Below the pieces are notes generated by a model. It saw only the letters and a list, made by a program, of their open reading frames with translations, was not told the DNA's origin and did not search any database. From a virus, in the IMG/VR virus record IMGVR_UViG_3300034236_000021: DNA of 41,550 bases; one strand, given 5' to 3'. How positions within the stretch are numbered: position 1 is the stretch's first letter; each line of letters begins with the position of its first letter. Position numbers and translations under genes: made by a program. Positions 17,784-24,388 of this stretch are shown here, in pieces.

Positions 17784-18481
17784 CAGTATTTTTCTGCCTC
17801 AAGCCGAGTAATAAAGAAGTGAATCCCTGAGGAGCATTCATCTGTCCAATCCGGGTCAAATGGTTCTATGGGCTTAACTGTTTCTCCCTTACGGTATACA
17901 AAGTTTGAATCGTGACTACTGACCGCTTCAGTAGCACCATAGATCTGCATGACTTTTGCATATTCAGCCCGGCACTTACGACCGAAAGCATGTGACCGCT
18001 TGGCCCTTGCAGGAATTTGAAGTTTTACGATTACGCCGTTTTGGCATTTTTTCCAACCGGTGATGGTGCCCTCAGGAAGAATGCGAGTCATAGCTATGGC
18101 GTAGTCGGCGTCCTTGGCCCCGCGTAGGTCGGCCCCGCGTAGGCTGGCCTCGCGTAGGTTGGCCCCGCGTAGGTCGGCCCCGGATAGGTCGGCCCCGTAT
18201 AGGCTGGCCCCGTATAGGTCGGCCCCGGATAGGTTGGCCCCGCGTAGGTCGGCCCCGCGTAGGCTGGCCTCGCGTAGGTTGGCCCCGCGTAGGTCGGCCC
18301 CGGATAGGTCGGCCCCGTATAGGCTGGCCTCGCGTAGGTCGGCCCCGCGTAGGCTGGCCCCGGATAGGTCGGCCCCGGATAGGTCGGCCTCGTAAACCGC
18401 GTCCTTAATCGTTTCTGCTTTTTCGCTTTCAAACAGAACGGAGCCCCAGATAGACTTGATTTGTATTTTTACTTTACCCAT
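17783..18481 (-). CDS. Pentapeptide-repeat protein with a distinct C-terminal domain (232 aa)
   Basis: About 20 consecutive A(D/N)L(S/R/Y)GA units, followed by a ~100-aa non-repeat domain ending [16 protein letters not shown]. Confidence 0.85.
   Translation of the reverse strand: MGKVKIQIKSIWGSVLFESEKAETIKDAVYEADLSGADLSGASLRGADLREASLYGADLSGADLRGANLREASLRGADLRGANLSGADLYGASLYGADLSGADLRGANLREASLRGADLRGAKDADYAIAMTRILPEGTITGWKKCQNGVIVKLQIPARAKRSHAFGRKCRAEYAKVMQIYGATEAVSSHDSNFVYRKGETVKPIEPFDPDWTDECSSGIHFFITRLEAEKY
18114..18329. repeat. 15-nt periodic tract with a 96-nt exact tandem duplication (18114-18209 = 18234-18329)
   Basis: Rows 18121-18180 and 18241-18300 are letter-identical. This is the coding repeat of the pentapeptide gene. 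Confidence 0.9.
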
Positions 18482-18570
18482 AAAATACTCCTTCCGTGAA
18501 TTTAAAAGAGGCTTTCTGCGAGGGAGCCTCTTGTGTGGTGTTTGGTTGTTTGATCTGATGTACTTTTAAG

Positions 18571-19023
18571 CTAGCTTTCCTTCTTGATACGAAGCTTAGC
18601 TACGTCAATGCTGAATTTCTCTGCAATCTCTGCCAGGGAGACCTCGGTAGTGTCAGTAGATTCAGATTCTAATTTCCAGCCCTGTCTCTTAAGCTGTTCA
18701 ACTGAGCTAAGGGTTGCCATATTGTCATCAGAATCGATAGTAATTACTGCATTGCCAATTACACCTTGCACTTCGCGCTTATCATTGAGACCATCTTTTA
18801 CTAAAATATCGCCAGGTTGTAGGTTTTCCATTGTTTTCTCCAATAAAGTTAATCTATTCTCGTGAGCTGCCCAGCGACGGTCCCCCTCACCTTGATCCCA
18901 CAGCACCCACGGAGTAGAGTCGTCATCCTCATCTACAGTTCCAGCTGTGCCCCTAGGAACACTCCACGGTCCCAGGAGACCATCAATTATTCGCACCCTG
19001 TCACCTTTTTTAAACTTAGCCAT
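18571..19023 (-). CDS. Hypothetical protein (150 aa), N-terminal KOW/SH3-like motif
   Basis: MAKFKKGDRVRII. Confidence 0.6.
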   Translation of the reverse strand: MAKFKKGDRVRIIDGLLGPWSVPRGTAGTVDEDDDSTPWVLWDQGEGDRRWAAHENRLTLLEKTMENLQPGDILVKDGLNDKREVQGVIGNAVITIDSDDNMATLSSVEQLKRQGWKLESESTDTTEVSLAEIAEKFSIDVAKLRIKKES

Positions 19024-19081
19024 ATCTTCTCCTTACATACACAGAGCGGCCCTCGCAGAACCGCTCTATATTATTTAATAC

Positions 19082-19261
19082 TCAGGCCCAGGCAGCTTCT
19101 CGGCTCCCTGGTTCGTTATCTGAATCCTCAGCGTCTTTATGCCACTTGGGAACAGTTAAGCCTTCATCCTGAGTGACGCTGACCAGAGGCTTATCTATAC
19201 CGATATACCCCTGATCTTTTTTGTTTAATAGGTCTATGACCTCTTGTGGTATATCGCCCAT
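19082..19261 (-). CDS. Hypothetical acidic protein (59 aa)
   Basis: Start trimmed to ATG 19261 (MGDIPQEV...). TAATG overlap with the annealase stop. Confidence 0.5.
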   Translation of the reverse strand: MGDIPQEVIDLLNKKDQGYIGIDKPLVSVTQDEGLTVPKWHKDAEDSDNEPGSREAAWA

Positions 19262-19773
19262 TAGCTTGCCTTTGGTAACGCCCATTCGGGTAGTTGCGGG
19301 GGTGTCCAATAGTACTTAGTCTTGGTAATCTTGTCATAGTGCGTGTGGGTATTCGGCCCCTTCTCTTTGTAAAGATTCACGAACTTTCCCTCTAGGCTAT
19401 ACAAGTATCGGCCAATCCCCCACTGTGAACCTGCGCGCTTCATAGCATTACTTAGGCCACCTTTTGTAGCCTCTACAGCAGTCTTGTCTGCGCCGTCAAA
19501 CTTTATTATCCATTCGTCACCAATTTTGCACTTCAGGCCACAGACTATCCCACCGTCAGGCAGCGGCTGGTATTCGTTTTGCCATCCAGCTATACCGAAC
19601 ACCATATCTAAGCGCTCCTGAATCGCACGGTTATTAACATACGCAAGCGCCATGGCCCAGCCATATGATTGGCCCTTAGGCTGCGGGTATAAACCTGCTT
19701 GCTGCACCCGCCACTCGATGTCATCAAAGTCAAACGGTTCTTGCAATTTGGTCATAATGTCAGTTGCAGTCAT
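19261..19773 (-). CDS. Rad52/Rad22-type single-strand annealing protein (170 aa)
   Basis: YVNNRAIQERLDMVFGIAGWQNEY ... GGLSNAMKRAGSQWGIGRYLY is the Rad52/Sak-type signature. Confidence 0.75.
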   Translation of the reverse strand: MTATDIMTKLQEPFDFDDIEWRVQQAGLYPQPKGQSYGWAMALAYVNNRAIQERLDMVFGIAGWQNEYQPLPDGGIVCGLKCKIGDEWIIKFDGADKTAVEATKGGLSNAMKRAGSQWGIGRYLYSLEGKFVNLYKEKGPNTHTHYDKITKTKYYWTPPQLPEWALPKAS

Positions 19774-19782
19774 ATAGGTTCC

Positions 19783-19896
19783 TTAAAATGGCTTAGTTGG
19801 TATTGGTTTGCCGTTATCTGGCAAATCGTTAATCTCAGGTGGGTCTACATGATTCCACGGGAGCATATCGTCATCTACTGTATAGTCGAAGTTCAT
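19783..19896 (-). CDS. Small acidic peptide (37 aa, MNFDYTVDDDMLPWNHVDPPEINDLPDNGKPIPTKPF)
   Basis: Strong RBS AAGGAGtcatagATG. Stop lies 9 nt before the annealase ATG. Confidence 0.55.
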   Translation of the reverse strand: MNFDYTVDDDMLPWNHVDPPEINDLPDNGKPIPTKPF

Positions 19897-19938
19897 CCTA
19901 TGACTCCTTAACCGCTACGCCGTTAGATAAACTCGTCA

Positions 19939-20232
19939 TTACTTGCTCCCTCCATAATTCCGTACAAGCCTAGACCAGGCTGTAAGTGCAAAGATCAATA
20001 CAAAGCCGCTGGCAACGTAGACTGAAAGCTGCGTGATGCTGTGATATGGCTCTTCCCGAGCTTGAGTAACTGCGTAATAGATGAGCCATGTTAATGTAGC
20101 GGCTGTTAAGAAGTCCCGAATAAATAAGAATGCGTGTGTTATCACATCCCAGGCTGCGCGCATATTGGCCGTAAAGTTATCCCAGTGCTTTTTGAAAGCG
20201 CTACTTTTCTGGTCTTCAGTTGATTTTTTCAT
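19939..20232 (-). CDS. Membrane protein (97 aa, 2 TM)
   Basis: Hydrophobic segments AFLFIRDFLTAATLTWLIYYAV and LSVYVASGFVLIFALTAW. RBS AAAGGGGA. Confidence 0.6.
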   Translation of the reverse strand: MKKSTEDQKSSAFKKHWDNFTANMRAAWDVITHAFLFIRDFLTAATLTWLIYYAVTQAREEPYHSITQLSVYVASGFVLIFALTAWSRLVRNYGGSK

Positions 20233-20255
20233 GATAATTCCCCTTTCTGTGAGGT

Positions 20256-20399
20256 TTAATTTAGTACTTCTTTAATTTTTTGAACTGCCTTATCGGCTAT
20301 CTCTAAAATGGGTGCGGGCCCCTCAAGACTAGCGTGGGCGTAATCGGATATGGCGGTGACGACCGCTAGCTTAATGTCGATTTCCTGTAACTCTGTCAT
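20256..20399 (-). CDS. Small protein (47 aa, MTELQEIDIKLAVVTAISDYAHASLEG...)
   Basis: ATG 20399 preceded by AAAGGACAGGGGG. Below the track cutoff. Confidence 0.5.
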   Translation of the reverse strand: MTELQEIDIKLAVVTAISDYAHASLEGPAPILEIADKAVQKIKEVLN

Positions 20400-20437
20400 C
20401 CCCCTGTCCTTTCGTTATTGTTTTCAGTGCATAGTAA

Positions 20438-20700
20438 AACCAGCAACAACGGTGCCGTTATTTGCTCCGCACTACTGCTTGTAGCGACGGTCATTTTACG
20501 GTTGCTGGTTCAGCAATACCCTGGTAACCGCCTATTACGTATCTACCTGACGCGCGATGTTGGTAGAGGAATAGGACGGATAACAGGGTACTGGTGTAGA
20601 GCGCATGTGTAAGGCAAGCCGGTAACTATCCGGTTGGCTAAGTCTTGGCTACTGTCGTGAACAGATGGACTTATATACTTACCTTGCAACTGCGCTCTAC
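20438..20700. ncRNA. Three-domain highly structured non-coding element (RNA or ssDNA); strand unresolved
   Basis: Helix I 20438-47/20501-10 (10 bp). Helix II 20517-23/20584-90, continued by ccg/cgg, cctatt/aatagg and ctacc/ggtag. Helix III 20596-605/20691-700 (10 bp) with inner hairpin 20614-38. No ORF with an RBS. Confidence 0.4.
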
Positions 20701-20703
20701 TTC

Positions 20704-21204
20704 TTACCACCAGTGCCCTACATCTCTTCCATTTATCGGGACTCTAGCCAACCAGAAAGCCTTAGCCTTCTGCCATGACCCATATCGGCGTTCCATGTAA
20801 TCGGTGAAGAAAGCATCCTGACATTTATAGTCAGCACCGCATCTCTCCTTTACTATGCCGTTACAATCTTGCCCGAGGCCGTAGCAACCTAAATGGTTTT
20901 CTGCTGCTGGGTTAGTAGTCGATTCTTTATGGTAGATAAAAGCTTTCGCCTCACCTTCCGATGTAGTGACTGGTAGTGTTTCTTGCACCGCAACGGTTGC
21001 TTCCGCTTTTGGTGTCTCCGGCTCAGTTGGCTTTTGCGGTTGTATTACAGGCTGCTCTTGCTCAATAGGCATAGGCTCATTGGCAGCTGTCGTCACCGCT
21101 TGCACTTGTTTGTGCTCGCTAACTAAATTGTTAAATTGCGCCGGAGTGTTCGGTTTCAAAGCAACCAAGGTCGCAATGAACAGAACTGTGATGATGTATT
21201 TCAT
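20704..21204 (-). CDS. Secreted protein with Apf-type C-terminal cell-wall domain (166 aa)
   Basis: Start trimmed to ATG 21204 (AGGAG RBS). Signal peptide MKYIITVLFIATLVALKP, a P/E/T-rich linker, then KES..NP.A.N..GCYGLGQ...RRYGSWQKAKAFW...HWW. Confidence 0.65.
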   Translation of the reverse strand: MKYIITVLFIATLVALKPNTPAQFNNLVSEHKQVQAVTTAANEPMPIEQEQPVIQPQKPTEPETPKAEATVAVQETLPVTTSEGEAKAFIYHKESTTNPAAENHLGCYGLGQDCNGIVKERCGADYKCQDAFFTDYMERRYGSWQKAKAFWLARVPINGRDVGHWW

Positions 21205-21340
21205 CCAGCTTTCTCCTAACTGTTTTGACTGATTTACCCCAGTCATAGGTCTCTCACTTGGACAGCTACCTAATGCCATACTCTGTATGGATTTTGTTTC
21301 GGTTAACTGTCCGGGGTTGTAATCACCATGACTACAGCCC

Positions 21341-21375
21341 CAAATTAATAACCGACGCTTGTCTTCGCGTCGGTT
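21341..21375 (-). terminator. Hairpin/terminator downstream of the recombinase gene
   Basis: Minus strand reads AACCGACGC-GAAGACAA-GCGTCGGTT followed by ATTAATTT. Confidence 0.5.
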
Positions 21376-21516
21376 AGTCTGTTAGGATTAACAGATGATG
21401 AATTTTTGTAATTGTGCCTTCTACATGAAGGGCGCTATTACAAACGTTCAGTAACCGGGCGAAACATTTGTTGTGAACTTTAAGGTTCTAGAAGTTATTC
21501 TAGCAAATCTTATCGC

Positions 21517-22365
21517 TTATGTCAATACGCTTATGTGGTGCTGGTTAAACGCGTCCTGCAAATCTTGGTTTTCAACGTGCGTGTATATCTGGGTTGTGCT
21601 GATAAAGGCATGGCCCAGGATTAACTGGATATGTCTCATATTAGCACCATTATGCAATAAGTCAGTTGCCCCGCTATGCCGTAGCATGTGTGTGTACACT
21701 CGACGCTCTATGCCTGCTCGGCTTGCATTTCTTTTTACTACCCCATTTATTCCGCCCCTGGAGTAACGGACTTTCTTGGTGCTCAGGAATAGGGCCGGAG
21801 ATTCATCTTTCCTGCTGGCTAAGTACTCCGCTAACAAGATTCGTGTGTCTTTGTCTATAAAGACAGTCCGTGAGCGGGCATATTTGCCAAAACGTATGTA
21901 CACGAGATTATCACTTACGTCCGTTCGATTCAGGGAGGAAAGCTCCTTGGAACGTATACATGTATTAAATATGAAAGATAGCAACAATCGTTCCCGCAGA
22001 ATCGGGGCAGCTGCTATTAGGTCAACAATTTCACTATGCTTTAGATACTGAGGAAGAGCCTGGGGTAATCGAGGTAGGAATATCTCTGTCGTGTCGAATT
22101 TGGTATAGCCTTTTTTATTGGCATACTCCAGTATATTTTTGACCTTAGAAAGATAGAGTCTTACCGTTGCCGGGGCTTTATCTTTCGCCATATCGTTTCG
22201 CCATAAGGCAATATCAACCGGCGTCAGGCTTTTTATGTCGACGTTCCCGCGGCTACATACAAGTGCCTTTACGGCGTCACGGTAGCTTTGCTCAGAGCTA
22301 TCGGTTAAGCCGCGGACTTGTATGTAGTTGACTCTGAAATCTTCCAGGGCTTGTAATATTGTCAT
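21517..22365 (-). CDS. int: Tyrosine recombinase, XerC/D-like small integrase (282 aa)
   Basis: CIRSKEL (box I Arg), HMLRHSGATDLL and LGHAFISTTQIYTHV (H-R-H...Y). N-terminal SAM-like core-binding domain. No arm-binding domain is evident. Confidence 0.9.
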   Translation of the reverse strand: MTILQALEDFRVNYIQVRGLTDSSEQSYRDAVKALVCSRGNVDIKSLTPVDIALWRNDMAKDKAPATVRLYLSKVKNILEYANKKGYTKFDTTEIFLPRLPQALPQYLKHSEIVDLIAAAPILRERLLLSFIFNTCIRSKELSSLNRTDVSDNLVYIRFGKYARSRTVFIDKDTRILLAEYLASRKDESPALFLSTKKVRYSRGGINGVVKRNASRAGIERRVYTHMLRHSGATDLLHNGANMRHIQLILGHAFISTTQIYTHVENQDLQDAFNQHHISVLT

Positions 22366-22385
22366 GTTAAATACCGATCACAAAA

Positions 22386-22412
22386 ATGAAAAAGAACGGC
22401 CTTTAACGCCGT
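22386..22412 (-). terminator. Attenuator-like hairpin plus T-run inside the int leader
   Basis: Minus strand reads ACGGC-gttaaag-GCCGT followed by TCTTTTTCATTTTTG, about 20 nt before the int ATG, which lacks a clear SD. The stem is short. Confidence 0.4.
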
Positions 22413-22421
22413 CCCTCTATT

Positions 22422-22464
22422 ATTGCAATCGCCCACCCACCGGTAGACTGATTGCAATATAGCA
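22422..22464 (-). promoter_or_regulatory. Putative int promoter (extended -10 TGcTATATT) overlapping a 9-bp inverted repeat
   Basis: attgcaatc (22422-30) and gattgcaat (22450-58). The -10 hexamer is the reverse complement of 22456-61, with TG at 22463-64. Confidence 0.4.
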
Positions 22465-23233
22465 AAATTATGTTAATGTTACTAACTTCTACGTATAACG
22501 TGTGTATTTTTGGGCATGTTTAAAAGCCTGCTTTTTGTTTAACCCCTAGGGTACAGGCAACCTCACACTAGCACTGGCTCCGTAATGGGGTTTATTCCAG
22601 TCACTAGACCTTCATACTCCAACTGTAACCATGCGAAAGACCGAAATATAACAAATTGCAGCTTCTAGCAGATCATCAGACCCATAGAGAGATAAACAGT
22701 TTGTAACTATTCAGTGTTTGTTAAGCAGCGAGGTGCCTTTGATTTAATACCCTCAAAGTTCTAACTTTGCATACCCTCATTGTTAGATTGACGCATTACG
22801 TCACCAGCCCGTATAACATCCGCCATACGGGAAGCGGGGGAGAGTTTGTGAGTCAGGCTTTTTAAAGTCGGCCCTTCGGGTGCTATGTCATCGTTTCAGA
22901 GACAGCTCTCAAACCCTTTGCCACGACTACTGAAAGGCCACCAACGAATTGATGACCAAAAACCAGATAATTACATATTTGTGATACAAGTGCTCCATTA
23001 AGCAGCCTGTCCTACCGATGGCTTGACACACCGGCGGGACAGCGCTGGCAGCTGGGGTATGGGCCCTCATAGTTTATGCTCTGTTACGGAGATCCCAGGT
23101 TTGCTACCAGCTAACACAGCAAGTGTTCTTTACTCAGTCCGTACATTTAATTACGGCCCTCTCTTACTGCGCTGTTACGCTGCTCAACTTGCTATATATG
23201 GCGTACAGGCCAGCAACAAGTGCTGGACACTGA

Positions 23234-23425
23234 CTAGGCTTCTGGCGCGGAGTCTCTGCGCTTCATTTCTTCTTCAGTGAAATTCTGTACATAGTAATCA
23301 TCTGATTCTAGCTCTCTCCATTCCATGCCAGTTGCTTCAGTAATGAAATTTATGGCCTCCTGCTCGCTGTCGAACCAAGGTGATTCCACCCAGCCTTCAT
23401 CGGCGTTAAAAATTGCATAGCTCAT
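23234..23425 (-). CDS. Small very acidic protein (63 aa, MSYAIFNADEGWVESPWFDSEQEAINF...)
   Basis: Start trimmed to ATG 23425 with AAGGAG. Confidence 0.6.
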   Translation of the reverse strand: MSYAIFNADEGWVESPWFDSEQEAINFITEATGMEWRELESDDYYVQNFTEEEMKRRDSAPEA

Positions 23426-23479
23426 ACATGTCTCCTTATTACTGACATGCACGCCATATATAGCTTTCTATGTGAGTGT

Positions 23480-23494
23480 GATTAGTGCAGGTTG
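23480..23494. repeat. 15-bp inverted repeat, left arm (gattagtgcaggttg)
   Basis: Exact reverse complement of 23800-23814. The flanks extend the match imperfectly (cgg[g/a]...). Confidence 0.85.
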
Positions 23495-23518
23495 CCCGCA
23501 ACTATGTGCGGGCCAGCG

Positions 23519-23776
23519 TTACACCTTGTTACTAATGTACCAACACCAAAAGCTGTTGAGGCTTATGTCGTAGTACCCGTAGCCATCATAAGCAGGACTT
23601 TTCTGTGCTGCCAGGTTGCCAGACATGGACCTATCGTCTTCAAGGTCTTTCAACGCTTCCATTCGCATGCGGCTAAATTCTTCCTCTCTCTCAGCCCGTT
23701 TCTTGGTGAAGGCCAAAAACTCGAGCCAGTTTTCCTCGATGATATTTTGGCAGATTGGCATTAGTCCCTCGTGCAT
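23519..23776 (-). CDS. Hypothetical protein (85 aa)
   Basis: AAGGAGacaacATG. Charged helical centre and aromatic C-terminus. Confidence 0.6.
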   Translation of the reverse strand: MHEGLMPICQNIIEENWLEFLAFTKKRAEREEEFSRMRMEALKDLEDDRSMSGNLAAQKSPAYDGYGYYDISLNSFWCWYISNKV

Positions 23777-23799
23777 GTTGTCTCCTTATTTATTACGGA

Positions 23800-23814
23800 C
23801 AACCTGCACTAATC
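23800..23814. repeat. 15-bp inverted repeat, right arm (caacctgcactaatc)
   Basis: Exact reverse complement of 23480-23494. The two arms bracket the 85-aa gene together with its RBS. Confidence 0.85.
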
Positions 23815-23825
23815 GCTTGTATTAC

Positions 23826-24047
23826 GAGTGTGTTGTGGGTATGAAGCTAGTAGTAAGGTGAGGAATTCTTGCAGACACGGATTCGCGTATAGCAGAGCCG
23901 TTTCCATGCTTTACACCCTCGTCAGGAGCAGTACAATCCCACAATCAGTCACCTCACAATGAATCTGCGATAGGTTACAGATTCTATCAGCCTTACTTCT
24001 TGGATACTTACTACCAGCCTAATACCCACAACTAACACATACACTCA
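23826..24047. repeat. Long imperfect inverted repeat / hairpin (arms ~23826-23863 and ~23988-24047)
   Basis: Aligned by hand. Shared blocks are gagtgt, gttgtgggtat, gct and gtagtaag; about 30 of ~38 left-arm nt pair. The loop contains the hairpin gaatctg...cagattc (23961-23985). Confidence 0.7.
23910..23937 (+). promoter_or_regulatory. Candidate plus-strand promoter TTTACA-16-TACAAT inside the hairpin loop (antisense to the 85-aa gene leader)
   Basis: tttaca at 23910-15 and tacaat at 23932-37. Confidence 0.35.
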
Positions 24048-24069
24048 TATATGTAATTACCAGGTTTTT

Positions 24070-24098
24070 AAATTAGGGCTTGACAATAAATAGGTCAA
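24070..24098 (-). promoter_or_regulatory. Candidate minus-strand promoter TTGACC-17-TAATTT for the 85-aa/63-aa gene pair
   Basis: Reverse complement of 24093-98 and 24070-75. Would give a leader of about 285 nt containing the long hairpin. Confidence 0.4.
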
Positions 24099-24143
24099 AA
24101 GTCCTTTTAGCCATTTATGGTCATTTTTTGCAGTGTTACCAAC

Positions 24144-24168
24144 GCAAAAAGCCCCAAGCATTGGGGCT
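24144..24168 (-). terminator. Intrinsic terminator (minus strand)
   Basis: AGCCCCA-atgct-TGGGGCT followed by TTTTTGCG on the minus strand. Confidence 0.6.
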
Positions 24169-24221
24169 GTAGTCATGGTGATTAGATTTAATATACCAAA
24201 TTAACCGATTTTAGGCAAACG

Positions 24222-24266
24222 AAAAGGACGTGTCGCCCGGTTAAGAGTGTTCCACGTCCTTTTCTT
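24222..24266. terminator. Bidirectional hairpin terminator
   Basis: 11-bp stem aaaaggacgtg / cacgtcctttt with a 20-nt loop. T-runs follow on both strands. Confidence 0.5.
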
Positions 24267-24372
24267 GCTTTAACTGTATCATGCGGAATATATGTTGTCA
24301 CTAGTAGATAGCTAACAAAAAAGCTCATAAGCCCCCTCTTTGGCAAACATAAGTAGCATGAAACGCTAGACA

Positions 24373-24388
24373 TGCTTATACTTGCTTC
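24373..24388 (+). promoter_or_regulatory. Extended -10 promoter (TGcTTATACT) giving a leaderless mRNA for 24389..24922
   Basis: TATACT at 24377-82 is followed by 6 nt and then the ATG. There is no SD upstream of the ATG. Confidence 0.45.

Noticed and set aside
18100-18395. Regular short repeats that could be mistaken for a CRISPR array
   Set aside because: The period is 15 nt with no unique spacers. The tract lies entirely inside an in-frame coding repeat. No cas genes are present.
18094-18432. Track ORFs 18094..18432 (-) and 18114..18395 (+) with striking PTYxGPxY / APRRS repeats
   Set aside because: These are alternative-frame and antisense readings of the 15-nt periodic DNA that encodes the pentapeptide-repeat protein (17783..18481). 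Only that frame has an RBS, a non-repeat N-terminus and C-terminus, and a recognised fold family.
23023-23280. 85-aa plus-strand ORF in the int-proximal non-coding tract
   Set aside because: TTG start, no RBS, and it overlaps the 3' end of the 63-aa minus-strand gene. Similar ORFs at 20418..20612 and 24188..24373 were rejected for the same reasons; they lie in structured or terminator-rich DNA.
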